The notes beneath the pieces were generated by a model. That model made no database searches. It worked only from the letters and a program-made list of their open reading frames with translations, and had not been told where the DNA came from. A stretch of DNA of 64,000 bases. Source: an uncultured Acidobacteriota bacterium. GTDB taxonomy: Bacteria; Acidobacteriota; Vicinamibacteria; Vicinamibacterales; UBA2999. Below, in pieces: positions 28,221 through 37,770 of the stretch. How positions within the stretch are numbered: the first letter of the stretch is position 1; each line of letters begins with the position of its first letter. The stretch covers positions 187,025 through 251,024 of the forward strand of contig CAVYZF010000011.1 in assembly GCA_963772955.1 (NCBI GenBank), given 5' to 3'. The position numbers and the translations under genes are program-made.

Positions 28221-29977
28221 ACGGTATCGGCGTGTCACCCGGGGTGGCGGTCGGTCCAGCCCTCGTCGCGATTCAGCGGACGCAAGTGCTGCGTTTCCCG
28301 GTTGGTCCCGATGGCGTCGCGCGCGAGCTGTCGGCATTGGAGCGCGCCCGCCAGCGATCGCGTACGCAGCTCGAGCAGATCCGGCGGCGGATCGCGACGG
28401 CACACGGCGCCGATCTCGCGGCCATCTTCGACGCGCAACTGCTGATGCTCGACGATCCGATTGTCGTCGGACGGGCCGCCGCTGTCGTACGCAACGAGCG
28501 GGTCAACGCGGAGTGGGCGGTACAACGTGCGCTCGACGAAGCGGCCGTCGTGTTCGACGACATCGACGATCCGTACCTGCGCGAGCGCAAGGGCGACCTG
28601 CGCGACGTCGCCGGACGCTTGCGTATGAATCTCCGCGACGAGAAGGGCGGTGCCCGCGACCGGTTGCAGGATCTCGATTCGCCGTGTGTGCTCATCGCCG
28701 ACGAGTTGACGCCGTCGGTGGTGGCGCAACTCGATTGGACGCGCATCAAGGGATTTGCGACCGACGCTGGAAGCCGCACGTATCACACCGCGATCCTCGC
28801 GCGCTCGCTGGGCGTGCCCGCCGTGGTCGGTTTGCACGACGTCAGCCGGCGTGTGCCGCCGGGCGCGTCGGTCATCATCGACGGTGAGACCGGGGAAGTC
28901 GTCATCGATCCGACACCCGCGCTGTGGCAGGAAGCAGAGGGGCGCTCGTCGAGCCGCCGGCTCACGGCACTGACGCACGAAGAGGAAGGACCACTCCAGA
29001 CCAGCGATGGGGAGTCGATCGTCCTCCACGCAAACATCGAGCGGTCGGACGATGTGCCGAGTGCCCTGGGTGCGGGCGCTGAGGGCATCGGGCTCTACCG
29101 ATCGGAATTCATGCTTGTCGGTGGACCGCCAGACATGGCCGCCGAGGAGGAGCAGTACCACGTCTATCGCCAGCTCGTGGAGCGCATGGAAGGACGCCCG
29201 GTTACGATCCGGACGTTCGACGTCGACGAGCGTCAGCTGGCACGGCCGCTCGTCGACGCGGCACTCGACGCGCGTTGGTTCCCTGAGCCACAGCGGAGCG
29301 GCCACGCCGGCTTGCGCGGTGTTCGCTTTGGTCTTGCGCAGCCGCGCATCTTCAAGACCCAGTTGCGTGCACTGCTTCGCGCGGCCGCACATGGTCCGCT
29401 GCGGATCATGTTCCCGTTCGTCTCGTCGGTGCAGGAGGTGCGCGACGCGAAGAGCCTGCTGCTCGAGGCGCGCGATGAGCTCGCGGCGCGCGGCGAGTCC
29501 GTTCCGGATGTGCCGATTGGGATCATGATCGAAGTCCCGTCCGCGGCGTTCACCGCGTCACTCCTGGCGAAGGAAGCGGACTTCTTTACGATTGGCACCA
29601 ACGATCTCATTCAGTACACGCTCGCCGTCGATCGCACGGACGATCGCGTGTCGAACCGATACGAGCCGCTGCACCCGGCCGTCCTGCGCCTGCTGCGTCA
29701 GGTGCGCCGAGCGGCGTCGCGCGAGGGCATTCCCGTGTCGGTCTGCGGCGAGATGGCGTCCGATCCGCTGTTACTGAAGCTCCTGATCGGGTGCGGGCTT
29801 CGTGAGTTCAGCATGACGCCGGGTGCCATCCCGATGGCGCGGCGCGTGGTGAAGGACACGAGCGCGCGGCAGATGGTCCGTGTGGCGGCGCGCGTGCTGA
29901 CACTCGGAACCGTCGAAGAGATCGAGCAGTATCTCAACGACTCGGTCGCGAGGAACGAAGTCGGGAGCGAGGGCTAG
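28208..29977 (+). CDS. ptsI: phosphoenolpyruvate-protein phosphotransferase (PTS Enzyme I)
   Basis: 589-aa ORF. GSRTYHTAILARSLGVPAVVG carries the phospho-His. The PEP-utiliser TIM barrel shows GTNDLIQYTLAVDR and VCGEMA. Confidence 0.94.
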   Translation: MERLNGIGVSPGVAVGPALVAIQRTQVLRFPVGPDGVARELSALERARQRSRTQLEQIRRRIATAHGADLAAIFDAQLLMLDDPIVVGRAAAVVRNERVNAEWAVQRALDEAAVVFDDIDDPYLRERKGDLRDVAGRLRMNLRDEKGGARDRLQDLDSPCVLIADELTPSVVAQLDWTRIKGFATDAGSRTYHTAILARSLGVPAVVGLHDVSRRVPPGASVIIDGETGEVVIDPTPALWQEAEGRSSSRRLTALTHEEEGPLQTSDGESIVLHANIERSDDVPSALGAGAEGIGLYRSEFMLVGGPPDMAAEEEQYHVYRQLVERMEGRPVTIRTFDVDERQLARPLVDAALDARWFPEPQRSGHAGLRGVRFGLAQPRIFKTQLRALLRAAAHGPLRIMFPFVSSVQEVRDAKSLLLEARDELAARGESVPDVPIGIMIEVPSAAFTASLLAKEADFFTIGTNDLIQYTLAVDRTDDRVSNRYEPLHPAVLRLLRQVRRAASREGIPVSVCGEMASDPLLLKLLIGCGLREFSMTPGAIPMARRVVKDTSARQMVRVAARVLTLGTVEEIEQYLNDSVARNEVGSEG

Positions 29978-29980
29978 CGA

Positions 29981-30337
29981 ATGGAGAACATCGTCACTCG
30001 AGTCGAGAAGCCGTGGGGCTACGAGCTTCATTGGGCGAAGACGGACAAGTACGTCGGGAAGATCCTGCACATTAACGCCGGCCACGCGCTGAGCCTGCAG
30101 TATCACAATCGCAAGGAGGAAACGATCTACCTCCACTCGGGCAAGCTGCTCTACGAGATCGACATCGACGGCAAGCTGAAGAAGATCGAAATGAAGCCCG
30201 GCGACTCGATTCACGTGCTGCCGAAGACGATCCATCGCATGACTGCAATAGAAGACTGCGACGTGCTCGAGGCGTCAACTCCCGAGCTCGATGATGTGGT
30301 CAGGCTGGAAGATCGTTACGGGCGGGAAGGCACGTAG
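29981..30337 (+). CDS. cupin-domain protein (phosphomannose-isomerase type II C-terminal-like)
   Basis: 118-aa ORF containing KPWGYELHWA...LSLQYHNRKEETIYLHSGKL...IHRMTAIEDCDVLE, the cupin His motifs. Confidence 0.75.
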   Translation: MENIVTRVEKPWGYELHWAKTDKYVGKILHINAGHALSLQYHNRKEETIYLHSGKLLYEIDIDGKLKKIEMKPGDSIHVLPKTIHRMTAIEDCDVLEASTPELDDVVRLEDRYGREGT

Positions 30338-30341
30338 AAAG

Positions 30342-30385
30342 ACTCCCAACTCCCAGGAACTCACAGTTCGTTGGGAGTTGGAGGT
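30342..30385. terminator. putative bidirectional hairpin between the convergent cupin gene and ssb, built from TGGGAGT heptamers
   Basis: ACTCCCAACTCCCA (30342-30355) pairs with TGGGAGTTGGAGGT (30372-30385). The core is a perfect 10 bp (CCAACTCCCA/TGGGAGTTGG) with a 16-nt loop. There is no clear U-tract on the plus strand, and CTTT follows on the minus strand. Confidence 0.4.
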
Positions 30386-30419
30386 TCGATGTGCGACAAA
30401 CGTTGGGAGTTGACGATCG

Positions 30420-30854
30420 TTAGAAGGGAATATCGTCGTCGGTAATCGGCTCCATCGGCGGCTCGTCCACACTGCCTTGCGGGTGAGAGCCACTGCGATC
30501 CATACCGCCACCACGGCCTCCGCCTCCGCCGCCCAGCAGCGTCACGCGGTCTGCCTTGATCTCGGTGGTGTAGCGCTTGTTGCCATCCTTGTCGTCCCAC
30601 TGACGCGTCTGGAGACGGCCTTCGACGTAGATCTGCTTCCCTTTCGTCAGGTATTCCTGCAGGCTTTCCGCGGTTTTGCCCCACAGAACGATGCGGTGCC
30701 ACTCGGTCTTTTCCTGCTTCTGGTTGTTGCGGTCGTTCCAGACCTCCGTGGTCGCCAGATTGAGCGTGGCAACGGCCGCGCCTCCCGGCGTGTAGCGCAA
30801 CTCCGCGTCGCGACCCAGGTTGCCGACGAGGATTACCTTGTTCACACTGCCCAT
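30420..30854 (-). CDS. ssb: single-stranded DNA-binding protein
   Basis: ORF 30420..30956, trimmed to ATG 30854 ([25 protein letters not shown]). It has a Gly-rich tail and the canonical C-terminal DDDIPF. Confidence 0.93.
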   Translation of the reverse strand: MGSVNKVILVGNLGRDAELRYTPGGAAVATLNLATTEVWNDRNNQKQEKTEWHRIVLWGKTAESLQEYLTKGKQIYVEGRLQTRQWDDKDGNKRYTTEIKADRVTLLGGGGGGRGGGMDRSGSHPQGSVDEPPMEPITDDDIPF

Positions 30855-31036
30855 GTCGTTTCCTTTCGGGCGGTCGCCCGCCCCTACGGCTGCAGTAGCT
30901 GCTGCCGTGCCCGCTTTACACGTCCGGCCAAAGCCGGACACTTCCGCCTTCGCCAAGGCTACGGCGGACCTCGCCGTAGCGCCCCGCGCGCAGGCGGGCC
31001 GTCCTGAAGTTTACGATCGGTGAGTGACAGACCAGG

Positions 31037-31951
31037 TCAAGGCTTGGCGGGTGCTGCCGGCGTGGTCTTCAAACCGGCAAGCCGCTGTCTCGCCAACTGC
31101 GCGCCCTGACTGTCGGGGAATCGCTTGACGACCTCTTCCCACGTGGCTCGCGCCGCGTCGGCTCGTCCCATCTGCGATTCCACGAAGCCACGGCGGTAGT
31201 ACGCCATGTCGACCTGGTCTCCGCTCGTGTACTTCTGGATGACCTGATTGTATGCGTCGATGGCTTCGGGAAGTCGATTCATGTTGCCGAGAGACTCGCC
31301 GATGAAGAACTGCGCGTCGTCGGCGCGTTCGGCAGTGGGGAAATATTTGATGACCTGCTGGAAGCCGTTGATGGCGGCTGCGTATTGCGCGGACGTGTAG
31401 TCGCTGAACGCCGTATCGAACAGACGATTCGGGGAGAGATTCGACTCCGGCGGCAGCTGTAGCCTTGGTCCGGGAGTCGGCGGGCCAACTGGCGTCGCTC
31501 CGTCTGGTGCTGGCGCCGGCAAGAGCGCCGCATTTGGATTGCTCGGATCGATTGGTGCGAGCGAGCTCTGAGACTGCGCGATGAGCGCAGGGAGAGAGAG
31601 GAACGTCTGACGCAGCGCGTCGATCTCGTCCTTCAACGAGCGCAGACGAGTATCCGTGTCCTGTGTTCGCTCACGGATGGTGCCGAGATCCGAACCGAGA
31701 TTCTTGACGAGCACTTCCTGATCGGCGAATCGACGCCGCTGGAACTCCTCGCTCGTATCGAGTCGCGCGTTGACGGCCTTCAGCGCGTCCGTCAGCTGAT
31801 TGAGCGCGAGGCTGAGTTGCTGGTTCTGCTCCTGCAACATGCGCAACTCGGCGGCCAGTTGAAGATGTTCACGATTCTGCGCCGCGGCAGGCGTCGCGAT
31901 AGCGGGAAGTAATGCCAGACACAGGGCCGCGGTTGTGGTGATCTTCTGCAT
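31037..31951 (-). CDS. cpoB: Tol-Pal system protein CpoB/YbgF (coiled coil + TPR)
   Basis: 304-aa ORF with a signal peptide, an N-terminal coiled coil (LRMLQEQNQQLSLALNQL) and C-terminal TPR repeats. It is the last gene of the tol-pal cluster. Confidence 0.85.
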   Translation of the reverse strand: MQKITTTAALCLALLPAIATPAAAQNREHLQLAAELRMLQEQNQQLSLALNQLTDALKAVNARLDTSEEFQRRRFADQEVLVKNLGSDLGTIRERTQDTDTRLRSLKDEIDALRQTFLSLPALIAQSQSSLAPIDPSNPNAALLPAPAPDGATPVGPPTPGPRLQLPPESNLSPNRLFDTAFSDYTSAQYAAAINGFQQVIKYFPTAERADDAQFFIGESLGNMNRLPEAIDAYNQVIQKYTSGDQVDMAYYRRGFVESQMGRADAARATWEEVVKRFPDSQGAQLARQRLAGLKTTPAAPAKP

Positions 31952-31961
31952 GCGACTTCCT

Positions 31962-32552
31962 TCAGCGACCCGTAATCACAAAGTGGCCGCGTCGATTCTG
32001 GGCCCAGGCATCTTCCGTGTGGCCGGGATTGAATGGAAACTCTTTCCCATAGCTCACCGTGCGCACGCGGTCGGGCGAGATGCCCAACGACGCCATGTAT
32101 GCCTTGACCGCTGTTGCACGTCGTTCGCCCAGCGCCAGGTTGTATTCTGCTGTGCCGCGCTCGTCGCAGTGACCCTCAACGGTCACCACCCAGCTTGAAT
32201 ACTTCTTCAGGATCTCGGCATTTGCCGATGCGACAGCACGACCGGCATCGTCGAGGTCGGCGCTGTCGAGCCCGAAATACACCGGCTTGAGCGGGGACTC
32301 ACGATTCAGGTCGTCGAGAGAACGGTTGGCGACGGCATCCTCGGTGAGTGGCTGCGGCGGAACCGGCAGCGCATCATCGACACGTGTCGGCGGCGCCGGC
32401 GGAGCCTTCGTGACGGCCGGTGGTTGCGCAGTCGTTGCTGCTCCGGGTGCCGGTGCAGGCTGGGGCGTAGCCGGTTTACGCCGATTGCAGCCCGTCGCGA
32501 CCAGCCCTGCTACCAGCATCAACACAACGCCGATCTGCCTCGTTCTGCTCAT
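31962..32552 (-). CDS. pal: peptidoglycan-associated lipoprotein Pal (OmpA family)
   Basis: ORF 31962..32594, trimmed to ATG 32552. It has a lipobox (LVATGC) and an OmpA-like domain (VEGHCDERGTAEYNLALGERRA). Confidence 0.92.
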   Translation of the reverse strand: MSRTRQIGVVLMLVAGLVATGCNRRKPATPQPAPAPGAATTAQPPAVTKAPPAPPTRVDDALPVPPQPLTEDAVANRSLDDLNRESPLKPVYFGLDSADLDDAGRAVASANAEILKKYSSWVVTVEGHCDERGTAEYNLALGERRATAVKAYMASLGISPDRVRTVSYGKEFPFNPGHTEDAWAQNRRGHFVITGR

Positions 32553-32581
32553 GACTCTCCTCAAAGAAGATTGCCTTACTC

Positions 32582-33997
32582 TCAGTTCGACCACGCCGGC
32601 ATCTGGTTGTTCCCGGTGCGGGTGATTTGTCTCAGGTCCTTGCCGTCGCGCCCGACCGTGAAGATCTGCGTGCCTCCGCTTCGCGTCGACGCGAACGCGA
32701 GGTGTCTCCCGTTCGGAGCGTACGCGGGTCGTTCGTTCGAACCCTCTCCAAACGTAATCTGACGCGCCTGGCTGGACGCAATGTCAAAGATCTTGATGTC
32801 GTATCCCGAACCGGTTCGCCCGGCATACGCAATCTCGTTGAATGCGGACGACCACGTGGGCTGATCTGCCCATGATTCATTCATCGTGATCCGGCGCACA
32901 TTCGATCCATCGGCACCCATCAGGTAAATCTGTGGCGTACCCGTCCGATCGGACACGAACGCGATCTGCGCGCTGTTGGGCGACCACGTCGGCGTACCGT
33001 CGCCGGCGGGGTGGTTGGTGAGCCGGCGCAGATTCGAGCCGTCCACGTTGGTCACATAGATCTCAGGATTTCCGTCTCGGCCTGACATGAACGCGATGCG
33101 TGTCCCATCCGGAGAGAAGACCGGCACGTAGTTCGTCCCGGCGCCCTTCGTCGGGTTCTGCAGCAAACCCTGGTAGATGAACGAGACCACGATATCAGGA
33201 AGTGGTCGGTAAGCCGTGTAGGCGATGGCTCGCCCGTCGGCAGACCATGCTGGTGTCAGATTCAGTTGTCGGCTCACAGTAATGCGCCGTTGATTCTCGC
33301 CGTCATAGTCGGCCACGTAGATCTCTTTTACCTCACGCTTTTCGATCGTGTTGGCGAGACTGTCGCGATTGCGATCGGACACAAAGGCCAGCTTCGTGCG
33401 CGCGACGCCGCGCAGTCCACGCTGCTGCTGATGGATCTCGTCGGCGATCGTATGCGCGTAGGCCCGTGGGTTGCTCGCGTTGAAGTACTCCTTGGCGGAC
33501 ACCGTCTGGCGCGTTCGAACATTCATCAATCGAATCTGCACGGTGGACTTGCCACCCTGCTGCTGCACGGTGCCAAACACGACGGCATCGGCGCCGAGCT
33601 CGCGCCACGCCGCGAACGGCACGTCCTCCGGACGCCTGGCCACGGGCACGCTCGAGTATGTGTCCCGCGGAAGCATGTAGAACTCCTTCTCGAAGTTCAG
33701 GTCGTCCCACAACACTTGAGCGATCGTTTTCGCGGCGTCGGCACCCTCGGGAGACAGCGCGACGAAGTCAGGCACCGCGAACCGTGGCGGCGTGCCCGGA
33801 TCGCCGTTGATCACGAGTGACACCTCTGATGGCTGTTGCGTTTGCGCTGGTGCCGCGGGCGATGGTTGCTGCGGCTGTTGGTGAGGAGCGGCGGTAACGA
33901 CGACGGCAGCAACGAGGGCCGCGCACAAACTCAATACCTCCACTCGCCAGTTTCTCGAGTGCTGGAGCCGACTTCGGATTCGTGAGTAGGTGTTCAT
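32582..33997 (-). CDS. tolB: Tol-Pal system beta-propeller protein TolB
   Basis: 471-aa ORF with repeated PxWSPDG-type blades: TPAWSADGRAIAY, VPVFSPDGTRIAF, TPTWSPNSAQIAF, RPAYAPNGRHLAF. Confidence 0.93.
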   Translation of the reverse strand: MNTYSRIRSRLQHSRNWRVEVLSLCAALVAAVVVTAAPHQQPQQPSPAAPAQTQQPSEVSLVINGDPGTPPRFAVPDFVALSPEGADAAKTIAQVLWDDLNFEKEFYMLPRDTYSSVPVARRPEDVPFAAWRELGADAVVFGTVQQQGGKSTVQIRLMNVRTRQTVSAKEYFNASNPRAYAHTIADEIHQQQRGLRGVARTKLAFVSDRNRDSLANTIEKREVKEIYVADYDGENQRRITVSRQLNLTPAWSADGRAIAYTAYRPLPDIVVSFIYQGLLQNPTKGAGTNYVPVFSPDGTRIAFMSGRDGNPEIYVTNVDGSNLRRLTNHPAGDGTPTWSPNSAQIAFVSDRTGTPQIYLMGADGSNVRRITMNESWADQPTWSSAFNEIAYAGRTGSGYDIKIFDIASSQARQITFGEGSNERPAYAPNGRHLAFASTRSGGTQIFTVGRDGKDLRQITRTGNNQMPAWSN

Positions 33998-33999
33998 GA

Positions 34000-34773
34000 T
34001 TAACGTTGATAGTCGAATCGCATGTGAACTGTCAGCGTCGGATTCTGGAATGCAGCTGGTAACGGCGACAGTCGCGTGATCTGCACTGCGCGGAGCGCCG
34101 AGTTATCGAGCGCGATGAAGCCGCTCGGGAGCTCGACCTGTGCCGCCTGAATCGTTCCGTCGCGCGCGATGGTGAACTTCACGGTCGTCGATCCCACCAC
34201 ACCCTGGTTCTGATCCCAGGTGCGCTGAATGACTGTGACGAGTTGCGCGAGGTACTCAGGGCAACAGAAGTTTGCGACGTCGAGTTGAACGGGACCACCG
34301 ACTCCGCCAGCGGAACTCAACCCGAATCCTTGTCCCCGAATCACGGGCGTTTCGGCACGCGCATTGCCGTCAGTAGGCTGGGGGCCAGTGTTGGTCTTTC
34401 TCGCATCCGCCTGCGGAGGCGCGGTCGCAGGCTTGGCTTGGGAACGCGGCTGCACCTTTGGGTCGGGCAACGTCATTTTCGGGGGCGTCGGAGCAGGCGG
34501 CGTCAGCACAGGCTTTGGCGGTGCATCCGGCGGTGCCTTCTGCTGAACCGCACGCGCACCCACCTGTGTGAGACCGCCGGTCTTGGGCCCGGGCGCGCCA
34601 CCGAGACTGATCGTCATGACCGGCTGGCGCGGATCCTCGATGACCCTGCCTCCGGTAAACAGAAGGGCGGCCACGAGCGCGATATGTCCCGCGGTCGACC
34701 ACATCAGCATCGTCTGCAGCCCATCGGGCTGCCGCGATCGCGCAACGATGATGTCGGTGACGGTCTCGGTCAT
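34000..34773 (-). CDS. tolA: TolA-like energy transducer (TonB-family C-terminal domain)
   Basis: ORF 34000..34824, start ATG 34773 preferred because it minimises overlap with tolR. It has one TM helix, a Pro/Ala/Lys-rich linker and a TonB_C-like end (VKFTIARDGTIQAAQVELPSG...ALRAV). Its position between tolR and tolB supports the call. Confidence 0.8.
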   Translation of the reverse strand: MTETVTDIIVARSRQPDGLQTMLMWSTAGHIALVAALLFTGGRVIEDPRQPVMTISLGGAPGPKTGGLTQVGARAVQQKAPPDAPPKPVLTPPAPTPPKMTLPDPKVQPRSQAKPATAPPQADARKTNTGPQPTDGNARAETPVIRGQGFGLSSAGGVGGPVQLDVANFCCPEYLAQLVTVIQRTWDQNQGVVGSTTVKFTIARDGTIQAAQVELPSGFIALDNSALRAVQITRLSPLPAAFQNPTLTVHMRFDYQR

Positions 34774-34780
34774 GTCTCGA

Positions 34781-35239
34781 CTACTGCTTCGGCGCCTCGG
34801 TGACGATTCCGACGTCTCTGACACCGCCAGACTTGAGCTCGTCGAACACGTCCATCTGATGCTGCACGTTCAGCCGGCCGTCGATGCGCAGGAATACCTG
34901 CTTGTCTGTGCGCGTGAGCATCAGCTGGCGCACACGCTCCGGCAGCGCCTGGAGACCGATCGAGTCTTTGCCCAGAAACACCCGCCGGTCCTTGCTGAAG
35001 GACAGCGGCACGTCGACGAAAATTCGTTCGCTCGCGATATCGCTCGCTCGCGATGCAACCGGCAGAGTCACCTCGACGCCCCTTTGCAACATGGGGGCCG
35101 CGACCATGAAAATGATGAGCAGCACCAGCATGACGTCAACGAGTGGGATCACGTTGATTTCGGCGAGACTCGTGCTCACACGTCGTCCTCGCTGGTGGCG
35201 ACCGCCTGCGTTCGGCGCCGATGCAATGACCTTAGGCAT
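34781..35239 (-). CDS. tolR: biopolymer transport protein TolR/ExbD
   Basis: 152-aa ORF with INVIPLVDVMLVLLIIFMV, the conserved Asp-containing TM helix. Confidence 0.9.
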   Translation of the reverse strand: MPKVIASAPNAGGRHQRGRRVSTSLAEINVIPLVDVMLVLLIIFMVAAPMLQRGVEVTLPVASRASDIASERIFVDVPLSFSKDRRVFLGKDSIGLQALPERVRQLMLTRTDKQVFLRIDGRLNVQHQMDVFDELKSGGVRDVGIVTEAPKQ

Positions 35240-35916
35240 CAGGTGAAGTTGCGCTCGGCAATGTTGAGGAACTCGAGCGAGAAATCGTCCATCGCCGCCG
35301 AGAAGTCCTTCACGCGATGAACGAAGTGGTTGTAAAAGACCACTGCCGGGATTGCCGCGAACAGTCCCGCTGCTGTTGCGATCAACGCCTCGCTGATGCC
35401 GGGACCGACGACGGCAAGATTCGTCGAGCCCGTGGCACCGATTCGCTGGAACGCCAGCGTGATTCCCACCACCGTTCCGAACAACCCGATAAAGGGCGCC
35501 ACGCTCGCCGTCGTCGCGAGAAACGTCAGACGCCGCTCGAGCTTCTGCACTTCAGCCGTCGCTGCACGGATGAGCGCGCGATCGACCGCCTCGAGGCTCT
35601 TGAGGATTGGACGGGCCGGGCCAGTGCCTGGACTGCCGGCCTGTCCCGTGAGACGGAACTGAGCCGTCATCTCCGCATAGCCGGCTTGAAACACGCCGAC
35701 AAGCGGACTCGAAGGAAGCGACGGACAAATGGCTTGCACGTCCGAAAACTTCTGGCTGCGACGAAATACGTCGAGGAACGTCGCGGTCTGCCGCGCAACG
35801 GCTCGATAGGAAAGCGTCTTGAATAGAATGATCGCCCACGAGGCGATCGAAAACACGATCAGAATCGCGAGGACAATCTGGCTGAGTGGACTTGCATCGG
35901 CCAGGATCTGCAGCAT
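35239..35916 (-). CDS. tolQ: proton-channel protein TolQ/ExbB (MotA family)
   Basis: ORF 35239..36039. ATG 35916 (MLQILADASPLSQIV) is preceded by GGGAG, whereas the GTG at 36039 has no Shine-Dalgarno sequence. It has the MotA/TolQ motif LATTASVAPFIGLFGTVVGI. Confidence 0.88.
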   Translation of the reverse strand: MLQILADASPLSQIVLAILIVFSIASWAIILFKTLSYRAVARQTATFLDVFRRSQKFSDVQAICPSLPSSPLVGVFQAGYAEMTAQFRLTGQAGSPGTGPARPILKSLEAVDRALIRAATAEVQKLERRLTFLATTASVAPFIGLFGTVVGITLAFQRIGATGSTNLAVVGPGISEALIATAAGLFAAIPAVVFYNHFVHRVKDFSAAMDDFSLEFLNIAERNFT

Positions 35917-36100
35917 GCCACCGCTCCCAGCTGGCGGGGCAGCGTCCTGCACCTGTAGTGCAAGCAGGGACGAGCCAAACGTATACACCGAAGCCTCCGG
36001 TCCATAATTGGGGATGCGCCGCTGGGACAGCGCAGACACCGCAGACTAGCATGCCGACCGAGGGCTGTCAAACATATGATACGATGGAAGTTCCGTCTAC

Positions 36101-37768
36101 ATGCTGCGCCTGCTTCGCATCCGCAACCTTGCTGTGATCGAGGCGGTCGAGGTCGAGCTCGAGCCGGGCTTCAACGTCCTCACGGGTGAGACCGGAGCGG
36201 GCAAGTCCATCCTCGTCGAGGCCGTCGGCCTCCTTCTCGGCGCGCGCGCGTCCGCGGACCTGGTTCGGACCGGCGAGGTCCAGGCGACCATCGAGGCCAT
36301 CTTCGAAGACGCCGACGACGGCGAGATCATCGTTCGCCGGGAAGTGACGAGCCAGGGCCGAAGCCGCTCGTATATCAATGGTGCCCTCGCGACCGCCGGC
36401 GCTCTCCGCGAGTTGGCTGACCGACTCGTCGAGCTGCATGGACAGCACGAACACCAGTCGCTGCTGGATCCGCTGTCTCATCTGCCACTCGTCGACGAGT
36501 CGGCGCATCTCGGCTCCTTGCTCCCTCCCGTCGCGGAGGCGTGGGCAGCCATGCAGGCGTTGCGGGAGCAACGCGAACGCGCGCGGATGGACGGCCGTGA
36601 GAAGGCGGCGCGGTTGGATCTCATTGCCTTTCAGCTGGGCGAGATCGAGAAGGCGGCGCTGAAGCCAGGGGAAGACGAGGAGCTGGCGACGAGCAAACAG
36701 GTATTGGCCAACGCCGAACGGATACAGCGTCTGTGTGAGGAGTCGTACGCCGCTCTCTATGAAAGCGATCAGGCCGTGCTGGCAGGGCTGGCGCAGGTCT
36801 GGAAGCGAGTCGGCGAGCTGGCTGCAATCGAACCGCAGTTCGCGACCCAGCTCGAATCGCGTGACACAATCAAGTCTCAGCTCGAAGATCTAGCCTTCTT
36901 GTTGCGTCGCTACGGCGACGAGATCGACGCATCGCCGGCGCGCCTGCAACAGGTCGAGGATCGGCTGGCGTTGCTCGAACGATTGAAGCGGAAGTACGGT
37001 CCAACCTTGCAGGACGTGATCGGGAAGGGGGCGTCGCTCGCGAGGGAGCGCGAACTCTTGACGCATTCCGAAGAGGCTGCCGAGGATCTAGACCGGGCCC
37101 TCGCAGATGTGCGGCAGCGCTACCTCGACCTCGCGCGGGATCTGTCTCGCCGGCGTCGGGTAGCAGCGAAGTCCTTCAGCTCTCAGATCGAGGAGCATCT
37201 CGCGCAGTTGGCGATGGCGCGAACGAGATTTGACGTGCGGTTCAATGGCGATGAGTCGGCAGAGGAGACGTGGACCGAGCGGGGGATCGATCACGCTGAG
37301 TTCTTCGTGTCGCCAAACGTCGGCGAGGATCTCCGGCCGCTCACACGAATCGTCTCTGGTGGCGAGCTGTCGCGGATGATGCTCGCGCTCAGGACGATGG
37401 CAGTAGCTGGTGGGGCGGGCAAGACATTGATCTTCGATGAGGTGGACGCGGGCATTGGTGGAGAAGTCGCCGAAGTGGTGGGCCAGAAGCTTCAGCAGCT
37501 CGGGCGGCGCTTTCAGGTGATCTGCATCACGCACCTTCCACAAATCGCCTCACGCGCCTCGACGCAGTATCACCTCGAGAAGTCGGTGCGGGGTCGGCGG
37601 ACCGTGACGACCGTTCAACGACTGGACGCGGCCGGTCGTATTGATGAAATCAGCCGCATGATCGGTGGAAGGACAGTCACCGAGACCGTTCGCGCCAGCG
37701 CGAGGCAGATGCTGGCTATAGAGGCGAAGGGTAAACAGAAGGCGAAAGGCGAAAGCGAAAGTCGCTAG
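36101..37768 (+). CDS. recN: DNA repair protein RecN
   Basis: 555-aa ORF starting MLRLLRIRNLAVIEAVEVELEPGFNVLTGETGAGKSI, with a long coiled coil and a C-terminal SGGELSRMMLAL...LIFDEVDAGIGG. Confidence 0.95.
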   Translation: MLRLLRIRNLAVIEAVEVELEPGFNVLTGETGAGKSILVEAVGLLLGARASADLVRTGEVQATIEAIFEDADDGEIIVRREVTSQGRSRSYINGALATAGALRELADRLVELHGQHEHQSLLDPLSHLPLVDESAHLGSLLPPVAEAWAAMQALREQRERARMDGREKAARLDLIAFQLGEIEKAALKPGEDEELATSKQVLANAERIQRLCEESYAALYESDQAVLAGLAQVWKRVGELAAIEPQFATQLESRDTIKSQLEDLAFLLRRYGDEIDASPARLQQVEDRLALLERLKRKYGPTLQDVIGKGASLARERELLTHSEEAAEDLDRALADVRQRYLDLARDLSRRRRVAAKSFSSQIEEHLAQLAMARTRFDVRFNGDESAEETWTERGIDHAEFFVSPNVGEDLRPLTRIVSGGELSRMMLALRTMAVAGGAGKTLIFDEVDAGIGGEVAEVVGQKLQQLGRRFQVICITHLPQIASRASTQYHLEKSVRGRRTVTTVQRLDAAGRIDEISRMIGGRTVTETVRASARQMLAIEAKGKQKAKGESESR

Positions 37769-37770
37769 GA

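Noticed and set aside
37742-37762. Tandem purine heptamers GGCGAAA-GGCGAAA-GCGAAAG, which encode the last residues of RecN (KAKGESESR) just before miaB.
   Set aside because: The unit differs from the TGGGAGT/TGATTGT family, the run is only three units long, and it lies inside an ORF. I cannot distinguish a repeat element from a chance Lys/Glu-rich tail.
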